A program made the position numbers and the translations under genes. A DNA stretch of 64,000 bases. Source: an uncultured Rhodanobacteraceae bacterium. GTDB lineage: Bacteria > Pseudomonadota > Gammaproteobacteria > Xanthomonadales > SZUA-5. This document shows, piece after piece, positions 42,100 through 53,170 of the stretch. The DNA lies in NCBI GenBank assembly GCA_937928755.1, contig CALEZI010000050.1, positions 2,361 through 66,360 on the forward strand. The letters are read 5' to 3'. The notes beneath the pieces were generated by a model. It searched no databases, was not told where the DNA came from, and saw only the letters and a list, made by a program, of their open reading frames with translations. Within the stretch, counting starts at the first letter, position 1, and each line of letters opens with the position of its first letter.

Positions 42100-43857
42100 A
42101 TGAGCAATCAGTTGATGACCGGTGCGGAGATCGTGGTGAAGGCGCTGCAGGATCAGGGCGTGCGACACATCTTCGGTTATCCCGGCGGCGCGGTACTTCC
42201 CATCTACGACGCGTTGTTCCAGCAGTACACCGTCGAGCACATCCTGGTCCGTCATGAGCAAGGCGCGGCGCATGCGGCCGAAGGTTATGCGCGTTCGACC
42301 GGCAAGGCCGGCGTGCTGCTGGTCACCAGCGGCCCGGGTGCGACCAATGCGGTCACCGGCCTGGCCGACGCGATGATGGATTCGATTCCGCTGGTGTGCA
42401 TCACCGGCCAGGTGCCGACCCATCTGATCGGTTCGGATGCCTTCCAGGAATGCGACACGGTCGGCATCACCCGCGCCTGCACCAAGCACAATTTTCTGGT
42501 CAAGGATGTCGACGATCTGGCGCGCGTGCTGCACGACGCCTTCCACATCGCGACCACCGGGCGTCCCGGCCCGGTGGTAGTCGACATTCCCAAGGACGTG
42601 CAGTTTCGCCGTGGCGCCTACAGCGGCCTGAACAACATCGTGCACCGCACCTACCGGCCGCGCGTCAAGGGCGATCCGGCGCGCATCGAGCAGGCGGTGG
42701 AGCTGATGATCAGCGCGCGTCGGCCGGTGTTCTATACCGGCGGCGGCGTCATCAATGCCGGCTCTCGCGCGTCGGTGCTGCTGCGCGAACTGGTGCGCCT
42801 GACCGGGTTTCCGATCACCTCCACGCTGATGGGCCTGGGCGCCTTCCCGGCCAGCGATCGCCAGTGGCTGGGCATGCTCGGCATGCACGGCACCTATGAA
42901 GCCAACCTTGCGATGAACCGCTGCGATGTGATGATCAACATCGGTGCGCGCTTCGACGATCGCGTCACCGGGCGCCTCGACGCCTTTTCACCGGGCTCGA
43001 AGAAGATCCACGTCGACATCGATCCGTCATCGATCAACAAGACCGTGCGCGTGGACGTGCCGATCGTCGGCGACTGTGCGCATGTGCTGGAAGAGATGAT
43101 CGCCGTGTGGAAGGCCAAGGCGCGCAAGCCCGACGAGGTCGCGATGACCGCCTGGTGGGCGCAGGTCGACGCCTGGCGCGCGCGCAACTCGCTCGGCTAT
43201 CGCCAGACCGGCGACACCATCAAGCCGCAATACGCGGTCGAGCGCCTGTACAAGCTGACGCGCGAGCGCAAGACCTACATCACTACCGAAGTCGGCCAGC
43301 ACCAGATGTGGGCGGCGCAGCACTACCGGTTCGAGGAACCCAATCGCTGGATGACCAGCGGCGGCCTCGGCACCATGGGCTACGGCATTCCCGCCGCTGT
43401 CGGCGTGCAGGTCGCGCACCCGGATGCGCTGGTGATCGACATCGCCGGCGAAGCCAGCGTGCAGATGACCATGCAGGAGCTGTCGACCGCGGTGCAGTAC
43501 CGCTTGCCGATCAAGATCTTCATCCTCAACAACGAATACATGGGCATGGTGCGCCAGTGGCAGCAACTGCTGCACGGCGGCCGCTACGCGCATTCGTATT
43601 CCGAGGCGCTGCCGGATTTCGTCAAACTCGCCGAAGCCTACGGCGGCAAGGGCATCCGCGCGATCCGCCCGGACGAGCTCGACGCCAAGATCCAGGAAAT
43701 GCTCGATTACGACGGCCCGGTGATCTTCGACTGCGTCGTCGACAAGCTGGAAAACTGCTATCCGATGATCCCGTCCGGCGCCGCCCACGACGAGATGATC
43801 CTGCCCGATGCGGTAGCCGGGGCAGGTGTGTCGGAGGCGGGGAAGATGCTGGTCTGA
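42100..43857 (+). CDS. ilvI: acetolactate synthase (acetohydroxyacid synthase) large subunit
   Basis: 585 aa. MTGAEIVVKALQDQGVRHIFGYPGGAVLPIYDAL is present, as is the ThDP motif GLGTMGYGIPAA...ILNNEYMGMVRQWQ. Confidence 0.93.
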   Translation: MSNQLMTGAEIVVKALQDQGVRHIFGYPGGAVLPIYDALFQQYTVEHILVRHEQGAAHAAEGYARSTGKAGVLLVTSGPGATNAVTGLADAMMDSIPLVCITGQVPTHLIGSDAFQECDTVGITRACTKHNFLVKDVDDLARVLHDAFHIATTGRPGPVVVDIPKDVQFRRGAYSGLNNIVHRTYRPRVKGDPARIEQAVELMISARRPVFYTGGGVINAGSRASVLLRELVRLTGFPITSTLMGLGAFPASDRQWLGMLGMHGTYEANLAMNRCDVMINIGARFDDRVTGRLDAFSPGSKKIHVDIDPSSINKTVRVDVPIVGDCAHVLEEMIAVWKAKARKPDEVAMTAWWAQVDAWRARNSLGYRQTGDTIKPQYAVERLYKLTRERKTYITTEVGQHQMWAAQHYRFEEPNRWMTSGGLGTMGYGIPAAVGVQVAHPDALVIDIAGEASVQMTMQELSTAVQYRLPIKIFILNNEYMGMVRQWQQLLHGGRYAHSYSEALPDFVKLAEAYGGKGIRAIRPDELDAKIQEMLDYDGPVIFDCVVDKLENCYPMIPSGAAHDEMILPDAVAGAGVSEAGKMLV

Positions 43858-43884
43858 AAGGCGCGCTTTGCGCGCTTTCAGACT

Positions 43885-44019
43885 TGGGAAAAGGAAAAGG
43901 GAAAAAGGAAAAGGGGAGAGCGGGACACGGCAAGTTCAGAGTCTGCGATCCCCGTTCGTCCTCAGAGCCGCGGACTGGCGCGCCCTTGATTCCCCCTTTT
44001 CCTTTTTCCTTTTTCCTCT
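43885..44019. repeat. polypurine/polypyrimidine inverted-repeat element (GGAAAAGG family), copy 3, inside the ilvI-ilvH spacer
   Basis: Left arm: gggaaaaggaaaagggaaaaaggaaaaggggagagcggg. Right arm: ccccctttt cctttttcctttttcctc. Confidence 0.85.
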
Positions 44020-44055
44020 ACTTGTCTCAACGCAACCCTATAACGAGCAGCCCCG

Positions 44056-44598
44056 ATGAATCAGCCCGCCTCCGCCTACTTCCTTTCCGACGCCAAGCCG
44101 CGTCCCGCCAAGGCAACCCTGTCGATTACCGTCGACAATGAGGTCGGCGCGCTGGCGCGGGTGGTCGGGTTGTTCTCCGGTCGCGGTTACAACATCGAGT
44201 CGTTGACGGTGGCGGAAACCGACCACCAGAAGCACACCTCGCGGATCACCATCGTCACCAGCGGCACGGTCGATGTGATCGACCAGATCAAGGCCCAGCT
44301 CGGGCGGCTGGTGCCGGTGCACCGGGTGGTCGATCTGGCCGTCGACAAACCGGGACTGGAACGCGAGATGGCGCTGGTGAAGATCGCCGCGACTGGCGAG
44401 AACCGCGCCGAGGCGCTGCGCCTGGCCGAGGTGTTCCGCGCGCGTGTCATCGACATTTCGCCGCAGAGTTTCGTCTTCGAACTGACCGGCACGCCGGTGA
44501 AGATCGACGCCTTCGTCGAGATGATGATCCCGATCGGCCTGGTCGAGCTGTCGCGCACCGGCGTGGTGGCGATCGGGCGTGGCGCTGAGGCCACCTGA
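44056..44598 (+). CDS. ilvH: acetolactate synthase small (regulatory, ACT-domain) subunit
   Basis: 180 aa. LSITVDNEVGALARVVGLFSGRGYNIESLTVAETD is the canonical IlvH/IlvN ACT-domain start. Confidence 0.9.
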   Translation: MNQPASAYFLSDAKPRPAKATLSITVDNEVGALARVVGLFSGRGYNIESLTVAETDHQKHTSRITIVTSGTVDVIDQIKAQLGRLVPVHRVVDLAVDKPGLEREMALVKIAATGENRAEALRLAEVFRARVIDISPQSFVFELTGTPVKIDAFVEMMIPIGLVELSRTGVVAIGRGAEAT

Positions 44599-44725
44599 GC
44601 GCAAGACTGGCTCAAGGGGCGCACGCCTCGCGCCCTATTGCGTAGGTTCGCAGGGATCGGTAGACAACGATCCTTCCTTCCGGCAGGCGAACGTCGATGC
44701 GATTTGAGCAACGGATGCGCCGGTC

Positions 44726-46465
44726 ATGAGGTCGCCGCCAGCGATCGCCGATCGCCACGTCGAGCGCAGCGTCCTGCTGCTGCTGTCGGCCCTTGGCCTC
44801 TGGCTGGCCGCAGCCGCCTGGCTGGTCAATGTCGAGTACGGCGATGGCTACAGCACGGTGGCCAACGCCGACTATCTGCTGGGCACATCGGATGCATGGT
44901 TCTGGCAGCGCGGCCCGATGATGGCGCTGCTGCTGGTGCCCGGGGAGTGGCTGGCGCAACGGCTGGGGCTGACGCCGCTTGACGTGCGGCCGCACCACGC
45001 CGTGATGGCGCTGCTGCATCTGTTGTACCTGGTGGGTGTCTGGCGCCTGCTGTCGGCTCGTTTCGGCAGCAATCCGGCAACCTTGCTCGGCTGGCTGGCC
45101 GCCATCCCGACGCTGGTGTTCTTCAGCTACGCGCCGTTCATCAGCCACGACATTCTGCCGGGCTTGCTGGTGCTGTGGCTGTTGCGCATTTCCGCCCGCT
45201 TCCCCGAGCGCTCGGGCGCGTTCGATCTCGGTCTGTTCTTTGCCCTGGTCTCGATGCTTGTGTTGATCAAGCAGACCTATGCCGTGGTGCCGGCGGCAAT
45301 CCTGCTGGCTAGGCTCGGGGCGTTGCTCTCGGCGCGCCGGCTGACCGCCGTGGAACTGCGTGCGGGGCTGCTGTTGGTGGCTTCTGCAGTCGCTGCGGGC
45401 GCGTTCTGTTGGGTGGTCTACGCCGCGTTTTCAGCCGCACGCTTCCCGGAAGTCCCGTTCCTGCTGCGTCCGCTGGCGATCATCGACGAGATCGGCAATG
45501 CTTATGAGGGATACGCCGAACTGAGCGAGATCTTTTATTCGTGGGTCTATCTGCGCAATGTGTCCGCCTACGGCATCCTCGCGATGACGCTGCTGTTGCC
45601 GGGACTCGTGATGGCCTGGCGAGGCGGCAGTACCGAGTGGCGCCAACTGGCTCTGTGCTGGCTGTTGCTGCTGGCGGTGATGCAATGGACGCCATTCAAG
45701 GAGGTGCGCTATCTCGGTTTCCTTGCGCCATTGAGCGCTGCATTGATCATTCCTGTGATCGCATTGGCACTCGGTCGGGGCCTGGCGTATCGGGCGCTGC
45801 TGGGCGTGGTCCTGCTCGCCGACGTCGCCAGGGTCGTGCCCGAAGCCGCGCGCATCACCCAGCCCTACTATCAGGACGGCGTGACCGGATTCTTCGAGCC
45901 ACTGGCGGACGTGCGCTACCGCGACGTGCCGATCTTCTTCGGCAAGGGTTGGCTGAGCTTCATCGCCCCGGATCCGCGCGCCTTTGTCGGCGATTCTTTT
46001 CATCGCATCGTCGAGATGCATATCGAGCAGGTCCGCGCGCTCTACCATCTGCCGCGCGAGCGCGTGTTTCGCGTCCAGTTGGCTGCCATCGCCGATGCCG
46101 CGCAGGTGCAGAGCGGCGCGCTGTTCCTGGTTCAAAATCAACTGCTTTCGCGTGGGCCGCCCTACGGAAGTAACAGTCGAGCCGGTTTGTCGGCGGATTT
46201 CGTGCAATTCCTGGCGCGCGCGGAGGACGTCGATTTCGTGCTCGAACAAGGCCGCTTCGTGGCTCGGGCTGAACCGGGCACGGTCATGATGCTGTTGCGC
46301 AAGGGCGCCGGAGGTACCGACATGGCGCGCGTGCAGGATGTCGTCGACGTCGCAAGCATGCGCCACTTTGCAGGCTTCGACGAGCTGCCCGATCGGGTGT
46401 CGGTGCGCGTGCTGGTGGTCCTGCGCGAGTGCGATCTCGGCGGCTGCCGGCGCACCGGCGATTGA
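44726..46465 (+). CDS. polytopic membrane protein with soluble C-terminal domain, GT-C-glycosyltransferase-like; paralog of 59355..61094
   Basis: 579 aa, roughly 11 hydrophobic helices, then a ~190 aa soluble tail. It aligns along its length with the pil-locus protein, for example FWQRGPMMALLLVPGEWLAQRLGL.P..V.PHH..MALLH..YL.GVW.LL and LVFFSYAPFISHD. The first-loop motif here is YGDGY, against DDGY in the paralog. Confidence 0.6.
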   Translation: MRSPPAIADRHVERSVLLLLSALGLWLAAAAWLVNVEYGDGYSTVANADYLLGTSDAWFWQRGPMMALLLVPGEWLAQRLGLTPLDVRPHHAVMALLHLLYLVGVWRLLSARFGSNPATLLGWLAAIPTLVFFSYAPFISHDILPGLLVLWLLRISARFPERSGAFDLGLFFALVSMLVLIKQTYAVVPAAILLARLGALLSARRLTAVELRAGLLLVASAVAAGAFCWVVYAAFSAARFPEVPFLLRPLAIIDEIGNAYEGYAELSEIFYSWVYLRNVSAYGILAMTLLLPGLVMAWRGGSTEWRQLALCWLLLLAVMQWTPFKEVRYLGFLAPLSAALIIPVIALALGRGLAYRALLGVVLLADVARVVPEAARITQPYYQDGVTGFFEPLADVRYRDVPIFFGKGWLSFIAPDPRAFVGDSFHRIVEMHIEQVRALYHLPRERVFRVQLAAIADAAQVQSGALFLVQNQLLSRGPPYGSNSRAGLSADFVQFLARAEDVDFVLEQGRFVARAEPGTVMMLLRKGAGGTDMARVQDVVDVASMRHFAGFDELPDRVSVRVLVVLRECDLGGCRRTGD

Positions 46466-46468
46466 ACA

Positions 46469-48637
46469 TCACCCGGTCAGCAGCGAAACATCCGCGGTCT
46501 GCAGGAACAACTGACTCAGGCGCTCCAGCAATGCCAGGCGGTTGTTGCGCACCGCAACGTCGTCGGCCATCACCATGACGCCGTCGAAAAAGGCGTCGAT
46601 TGGCGCCTGCAGATCGGCCAGCCGCGTCAGGCCCTCGACGTACTCGCCCGCAGCAAAGCGCGGTGCGCTGTCACGCTCGGCATCGCCGATGGCCACGTAG
46701 AGGGCCTTTTCCGCATCGTGATGCAGGCGGTCGGTCTCCACGCCACCGATGGCCTCGATGTCGATGCCGCTCTCCGCTGCCTTGCGCAGGATGTTGCGGA
46801 TGCGTTTGTTGGCGGCGGCGAGGCTCTGGCAGGCCGGCAACTGCTTGAACGCCAGCACTGCTTTCAGGCGCCGGTCGAAGTCGACCAGATCGTGTGGGCG
46901 GCGTGCAGCGACGGCTTCGAAAACGTCGCCGGTGATGCCGGCATCGGTGTAATACGCCCGCGTGCGTTCGAGAATGAATTCGTAGAGTTCGTTGACCGCC
47001 GGCGCGGTCAACTGGTCGACCAGCTTGGCCGACATCGCGCTGTCGTGGAACACCGCGCCGACGATCTTGCCGAGGTAGTCCTTGAGGCTCTGCGCCGGGA
47101 CGCCGAGCACCGCCTGTTCCAGCGCTTGCGGCAAGTCGAGGCGGATGTCGCCTTCGATCAGCGTGCGCGCCAGACCGAGTGCCGCACGGCGCAGCGCGAA
47201 CGGATCCTTGTTGCCGGTCGGCTTGAGGCCCACCGCGAAGATGCCGGCCAGCGTGTCCAGTCGCTCGGCAATCGCGAGCACGCGTCCCAATGGACTCGCG
47301 GCAATCGGCGCGCCCGCCTGGCGCGGCGCATAAACTTCGTCGAGCGCGTCGGCCACGGCCTGCGGTTGCCCTTGCGCCAGCGCGTAAGTGCGCCCCATCT
47401 GGCCCTGCAACTCGGGGAACTCGCCGACCATGCGCGTCAGCAGATCGGCTTTCGACAACCGCGCTGCGGCTTCCGCCAGGCCGGGATCGATGCCGACTTC
47501 CGGTGCCACCGCGCGCGCCAGCACGATCACGCGCTCGGTCTTCTCGAACAGCGTGCCGAGTTTCTGCTGGTAGGTCACCAGCTTGAGTCCCTCGACATGT
47601 TCGGCCAGCGGTTGCTTCAGATCCTGGTCGAAGAAGAACGCGGCATCCGACAGGCGTGGGCGCACCACGCGCTCGTAACCCTTGCGGATTTCGTCCGGAT
47701 CGCGGCTTTCGATGTTGGCGACACCGACGAAATTCGGCGTCAGCTCCCCATTCGCGTCGAGCACCGGAAAGAAACGCTGGTGGGTTTCGATGGTGGTGAC
47801 GATCACCGCGGCCGGCAGGCGCATGAACTCGGTCGGGATTGAACAGGCAATCGCGCAAGGGTACTCGGTCAGATTGCTGACCTCGTCGATCAGGTCCTCG
47901 GGCAAGCGCGCCACGCCGCCCAGCTTGCGCGCGGCAGTCGCCACCTCGGCGCGCACGCGTTCGCGGCGCGCCTGCGGATCGACGATCACCTTGGCGGACA
48001 GCAGCGAGGCGATGTACTCGGACGGGCGCGCGATCGCCACCTCGCCGGCGTGATGGAAACGATGGCCGCGGGTGCGCCGGCCGCTGGCGATGCCGTAGAC
48101 CTGAGTCGGCAGGACGGTCTCCCCCAGCAACACGATCAGTCCATGCACGGGGCGCAGGAAGGCGAACTCGTTGCTGCCCCAGCGCATCGGCTTGCCCAGA
48201 GGCAACGCCTGCAGGGTCTCGACGACCATCGCCGGCAGGACGTCAGCGGTCAGCGCGCCTGGCTTGGTGCTGCGAAACACGAACCAGGCGCCCTTTTCGG
48301 TTTCCAGCTTCTCCAGCGCTTCGACGGCAATCCCGCATGATTGCGCAAAGCCGATCAGCGCTTTGCTCGGCGCACCATCGGCACCGATGCCGGCTGCGAC
48401 CGCCGGGCCGCGTCGCTCCAGCGTTTGCTCCGGTTGCGCCATGGCCACATCCGGGATCAGCACGGCGATGCGCCGTGGCGTCCATAGCGTCCGGGCGTTG
48501 GCGGCGGCGTGCGCGATGCCCGCCTTGTTCAGGCGTTCGCTCAAACCAGTGCGCAAACCATTGGCCAGATCGGCAACCGCCTTGGCAGGAAGCTCTTCGC
48601 AGAGCAGTTCGACGAGCAGGTCAGCGGTGTTGGTCAT
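46469..48637 (-). CDS. glyS: glycine--tRNA ligase beta subunit
   Basis: ORF 46469..48649, with start at MTNTADLLVELLCEELPAKA (CAT 48635-48637). This is the canonical GlyS N-terminus. It lies downstream of glyQ. Confidence 0.93.
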   Translation of the reverse strand: MTNTADLLVELLCEELPAKAVADLANGLRTGLSERLNKAGIAHAAANARTLWTPRRIAVLIPDVAMAQPEQTLERRGPAVAAGIGADGAPSKALIGFAQSCGIAVEALEKLETEKGAWFVFRSTKPGALTADVLPAMVVETLQALPLGKPMRWGSNEFAFLRPVHGLIVLLGETVLPTQVYGIASGRRTRGHRFHHAGEVAIARPSEYIASLLSAKVIVDPQARRERVRAEVATAARKLGGVARLPEDLIDEVSNLTEYPCAIACSIPTEFMRLPAAVIVTTIETHQRFFPVLDANGELTPNFVGVANIESRDPDEIRKGYERVVRPRLSDAAFFFDQDLKQPLAEHVEGLKLVTYQQKLGTLFEKTERVIVLARAVAPEVGIDPGLAEAAARLSKADLLTRMVGEFPELQGQMGRTYALAQGQPQAVADALDEVYAPRQAGAPIAASPLGRVLAIAERLDTLAGIFAVGLKPTGNKDPFALRRAALGLARTLIEGDIRLDLPQALEQAVLGVPAQSLKDYLGKIVGAVFHDSAMSAKLVDQLTAPAVNELYEFILERTRAYYTDAGITGDVFEAVAARRPHDLVDFDRRLKAVLAFKQLPACQSLAAANKRIRNILRKAAESGIDIEAIGGVETDRLHHDAEKALYVAIGDAERDSAPRFAAGEYVEGLTRLADLQAPIDAFFDGVMVMADDVAVRNNRLALLERLSQLFLQTADVSLLTG

Positions 48638-48674
48638 CTTGCATACCAATTTTTGTTGGGTTCGGGCCGGGTTT

Positions 48675-48820
48675 GCTCTCGTGGGTCCGGACCCTGTCGG
48701 GACGCTTTCCCAGCGGGTGGAGCGTTAGCGGCACTTGCTCTTGTGGGTTCGGACTTTTCTGGACGCTTGTGATCTGGCCCCTGCAAAAGAGCGTCCAGAC
48801 CAGTCTGGACCCACCAGGGC
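48675..48820. repeat. degenerate copies of the GTCCAGAC palindromic element between glyQ and glyS
   Basis: gtgggtccggaccctgtcgggacgc, gtgggttcggacttttctggacgc, and the inverted gcgtccagaccagtctggacccac. Confidence 0.75.
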
Positions 48821-48826
48821 TCAGAC

Positions 48827-49723
<897 letters not shown>

Positions 49724-49796
49724 GCGGGCGGCCGGGGTGACGAAGCGGACCGCGGAGTATACGAAAGCGGGGCGCAGTGCTGCGGTTCTGTTTTTT

Positions 49797-49884
49797 GTCC
49801 GCAAAGGACGCAAAGGACGCAAAGGAGAGCGAAGCGCTTGAATCCGACTGCTTTTCTTCGCGTCCTTTGCGTCCTTTGCGGACA
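49797..49884. repeat. GCAAAGGAC-unit inverted-repeat element, copy 3
   Basis: gtccgcaaaggacgcaaaggacgcaaaggagagc ... cgcgtcctttgcgtcctttgcggac. Confidence 0.85.
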
Positions 49885-49893
49885 AATACTCTG

Positions 49894-50589
49894 TCAGGTT
49901 GATACGGCTGCAGCGCCCGGCAACTTCTGCTTCGCCCCATACCGCCGATCCAGATACACCCCGGCCACCAGGGCCACGGCCAGTGGCAGGAACCACGGCA
50001 CCAGTTGCAGCCAGGCCTGATCGAAGCTGGCGATGGTGCTACGCATGCCGATGCCGAGGAAGGCGACATGGGTGGCGACGCCATTGCCGAGCATTGCGCC
50101 GTAGTGCTCTTTCAGCCACCAGTTGCGTGCTGTCGGCAGAGTGCGCGCCTGGCGCAGCATGCCGATGCCGATCGCGATGCCGACAAAGCAGAAGGTACTC
50201 AGCAACATGCTGCCGCGCGCCAGTCCGATCGCGAACACCACCAGGCCGGCAATCAGATTGACCCAGCCGGTGATGACATATTTGCGGTCGTGGAAACCGG
50301 TGAGATCGCGCTTGCTCTGGATTGCGCGCCGCGCCAGCCAGATCGAGGTGCCGGTGATGACCACGAGATAAAGCAGGAAGATGCCGATGTCGATCACACC
50401 GCGCGAGATGAAGCGCACTGCCATCGGCAGCGCACTGGCGAGGATCATCAGCATGGCGATCAGATAGACCTTGCCCACGCCCTTGTGCAGCGGGCTGCCC
50501 TTGCGGGCGATGGCGGCGGTCCAGAAGGTCAGCAAGGCGACGCTGCCGGCAGCAATGTGGGCGGTCACCAGCATCTGGTAGGCGGTCAT
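49894..50589 (-). CDS. hypothetical integral membrane protein (about 6 TM helices)
   Basis: ORF 49894..50667, with start at [23 protein letters not shown] (CAT 50587-50589). Hydrophobic throughout. I am not confident of any family. Confidence 0.55.
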   Translation of the reverse strand: MTAYQMLVTAHIAAGSVALLTFWTAAIARKGSPLHKGVGKVYLIAMLMILASALPMAVRFISRGVIDIGIFLLYLVVITGTSIWLARRAIQSKRDLTGFHDRKYVITGWVNLIAGLVVFAIGLARGSMLLSTFCFVGIAIGIGMLRQARTLPTARNWWLKEHYGAMLGNGVATHVAFLGIGMRSTIASFDQAWLQLVPWFLPLAVALVAGVYLDRRYGAKQKLPGAAAVST

Positions 50590-50626
50590 GGCGGCTTTTC
50601 CTCGAAAGTTGAGCGACGGTCGATGT

Positions 50627-51058
50627 TCAGCGCAGTTCGATGCGAATCGCGCTGCCGGCATCGGCAACCTCGATCACGGCATCGATGAAATCCGGCGGGC
50701 CGAACAAACCGCCGCCGTTGCTGAAGCCGTAGGGTTCGGTCGGCTTGCCGAACATCCCGCGATCCAGCTTGCCGTTGGCGTTGCGATCGACATACACGAC
50801 CAGCGCATAGCGGCCCGGCGCCAGCCCGTCGATCGACAGTGTGTGCGTGCCTTTGGCTCCGAGCTCGGCAGGAGCGGCCTGCTTGAGGTTGCGGACCGGC
50901 TTCTTCAGCCACTGAGCTTCCTGGTCATAGAGCGCCACCAGGACTTGCTCGCCCGGGTTGATGCCATTGCCGATCTCCACCGACAACGAGCCAGCGTGGG
51001 CGGTGGCGATGGACGCCAACAGCGTTGCGACGATGGTCAACGGGCTACGGGTTTTCAT
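50627..51058 (-). CDS. DUF2141-like secreted protein
   Basis: 143 aa with signal peptide MKTRSPLTIVATLLASIATAHA. DRNANGKLDRGMFGKPTEPYGFSN matches the DUF2141 signature. Confidence 0.65.
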   Translation of the reverse strand: MKTRSPLTIVATLLASIATAHAGSLSVEIGNGINPGEQVLVALYDQEAQWLKKPVRNLKQAAPAELGAKGTHTLSIDGLAPGRYALVVYVDRNANGKLDRGMFGKPTEPYGFSNGGGLFGPPDFIDAVIEVADAGSAIRIELR

Positions 51059-51215
51059 GACTCACTCCTGACGATCAAGAACGATTGCGGTGAGTTCAGC
51101 ATCGGTGAAGCGCGTTGTTGCCATCAGGTGCGCGGCGTCACCCGGGAGGGGTGATGAAAGTCACCAGTTGCGGCGGATGCAATCCGCGGGCGATGGCGCC
51201 GGCTACACTGGTGCC

Positions 51216-52367
51216 ATGAACGCACCCGCACCCCACACTCCTGAATCGCCCTGGCACGGCGCCTGGTTGTCGCCGCTGAACCTGGCGGCTTACATCACCT
51301 GGCTGGCGATGCTGTTGCAGTCGATCCGTTGGGAACGCCTGGCGCAGGGCGATTCGCTGCAATACGGTGGACTGGCGGCGCTGGCGGCGGTGCTGGTGTG
51401 CTATCTGTTGGCGAACGCGCAGAAGGATGCGCCGCAACGCGAACGCGTCCTGGTGCTGCTGCAGGCGGTCGCCGTGTTGCTCGCGACCTGGTGCCTGCGC
51501 AATGGTGGGCCAGCGGTGCTGCTGATCATCGTCGCTGCGCAAGTGGGCGCCATGTGGCCGCGTTGGCAGGCGATTGCGATCATGGCGGTCATCAACGGCC
51601 TGTTGCTGGTGATCTGGCTGCAGGGCATCAGTCTGACCAGCGCTCTGCTGGCGGTGTTGCCGATGATCGGCTTCCAGACTTTCGCGGCGTTGACGGTGCA
51701 CTACGCGATGAACGCGCAGCAAGCCACCCGCGAACTGGCGCATACCCACGCGCAACTGCTGGCGACCCAACGCCTGCTCGAGGACAGCGCGCGCAGCGGT
51801 GAACGTCTGCGCCTGTCGCGCGAGCTGCATGATGTGGCCGGACACAAGCTCACGGCGTTGAAACTCAACCTGCGCCTGCTCGAGCGCGATCCGGCGCTGG
51901 CTGCACGCGAAGAAGTGAAGGTCGCCGCGACGCTTGCCGATGAACTGCTGCAGGACATCCGTGCCGTCGTCAGCGAGCTGCGCAAACACGATGGGATTGA
52001 CCTTCCGGCTGCGATCATCACGCTGACGCAGCAGATCCCCGGTACCCGATTCACCGTCGACATCGACCCCGAGCTGCGCGTGCCCGACGTCGACACCGCC
52101 GAGATCCTGCTGCGCTGCGCCCAGGAAGGCATCACCAACGCGCTGCGCCATGGCCGCGCGCAAGCGATCGAGGTCAGTTGCGGCGCGCGCGACTCGCGCA
52201 TCGAGTTGACCATCCGCAACGACGGCGCGCCGCTCAAGACCGGGCCTTTCGGCAATGGCCTGACCGGCATGCGCGAACGCCTCGCGGCGGCGGGCGGCGA
52301 ATTGTCACTGCGCGCGCTGAGTGGCGGCGGCGCCGAACTCAAGGCAGCATTGCCAGCGCATGGATGA
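51216..52367 (+). CDS. two-component sensor histidine kinase (HisKA_3 / NarX-DesK type)
   Basis: ORF 51090..52367, with start taken at MNAPAPHTPESPW (ATG 51216; the ATG at 51177 is also possible). There are 4-5 TM helices. RLSRELHDVAGHKLTALKL is the H-box, followed by a HATPase_c domain (GNGLTGMRERL). Confidence 0.8.
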   Translation: MNAPAPHTPESPWHGAWLSPLNLAAYITWLAMLLQSIRWERLAQGDSLQYGGLAALAAVLVCYLLANAQKDAPQRERVLVLLQAVAVLLATWCLRNGGPAVLLIIVAAQVGAMWPRWQAIAIMAVINGLLLVIWLQGISLTSALLAVLPMIGFQTFAALTVHYAMNAQQATRELAHTHAQLLATQRLLEDSARSGERLRLSRELHDVAGHKLTALKLNLRLLERDPALAAREEVKVAATLADELLQDIRAVVSELRKHDGIDLPAAIITLTQQIPGTRFTVDIDPELRVPDVDTAEILLRCAQEGITNALRHGRAQAIEVSCGARDSRIELTIRNDGAPLKTGPFGNGLTGMRERLAAAGGELSLRALSGGGAELKAALPAHG

Positions 52368-53010
52368 AATCTTGCGAAAATCGGTCCGTATCGCGCTGGT
52401 CGACGATCAGGCGCTGGTGCTCAAGGGCCTCTCGGCGCTGCTGCAAGGCGTCGATGGCATCGAGATCGCGCTCGAAGCCAGCGACGGCGCGCAACTGCTC
52501 GCCGCGCTGCCGCAGCGGCCGGTCGACGTCATCGTCAGCGACATCCGCATGCCCGGTGTCGGTGGCATCGAGTTGATCGAGCGCCTGCGCGAATCCGGCA
52601 ATGCCACGCCCGTCATCCTGCTCACCACCTTCGACGACAGCGAACTGATGCTCGCCGCCGTGCAGGCCGGCGCCCAGGGTTTCCTGCTCAAGGATGCATC
52701 GCCGGAGGATCTGGCCGAGGCGATCCATCGTGTCGCAGGGGGCGACACGCTGCTGCAACCGGTGAGTCTCGGCCCGGTGCGCGCGCTGCGCCGCCCCGAG
52801 CCGCACAGCGGCCCGAAACTGCACCTGACCGACCGCGAGATCAGCATCCTGCGGCTGGTCGCCGGCGGCTATTCCAACAAGGAAATCGGCCGTTCTCTGC
52901 ACTTGTCCGAGGGCACCGTGAAGAACTACATCTCCGACATCCTGGTCAAGCTCGATTGCCGCGATCGCACCCACGCCGTGCTGAAGGCGATCACGCAGCG
53001 GCTACTTTGA
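52360..53010 (+). CDS. two-component response regulator, NarL/FixJ (LuxR HTH) family
   Basis: ORF 52321..53010. The start at MDEILRKSVRIALVDDQALV overlaps the kinase stop by 8 nt. The receiver domain carries the DIRMPG Asp. The C-terminus is LTDREISILRLVAGGYSNKEIG. Confidence 0.85.
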   Translation: MDEILRKSVRIALVDDQALVLKGLSALLQGVDGIEIALEASDGAQLLAALPQRPVDVIVSDIRMPGVGGIELIERLRESGNATPVILLTTFDDSELMLAAVQAGAQGFLLKDASPEDLAEAIHRVAGGDTLLQPVSLGPVRALRRPEPHSGPKLHLTDREISILRLVAGGYSNKEIGRSLHLSEGTVKNYISDILVKLDCRDRTHAVLKAITQRLL

Positions 53011-53053
53011 GATGGGGCACGGGACACCGGAGGAGGCTCGCACAGCGCGACGC

Positions 53054-53133
53054 TTTTCGTGGGTCCAGACTTGTCTGGACGCTTCTTGCTTCGGGTGACG
53101 AAGAGCGTCCAGACAAGTCTGGACCCACAAGGG
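53054..53133. repeat. inverted doublet of the GTCCAGAC palindromic element between convergent genes
   Basis: cgtgggtccagacttgtctggacgc ... gcgtccagacaagtctggacccacaag. Confidence 0.85.
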
Positions 53134-53170
53134 CGGGAGCGGAGCGCCGGTGACTCCTCCCGTGCCGCCG

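Noticed and set aside
44614-44640. A possible terminator hairpin after ilvH (GGGCGC-acgcctc-GCGCCC followed by TATTGCG).
   Set aside because: The stem is only 6 bp and there is no real U-tract. This is too weak to call with confidence.
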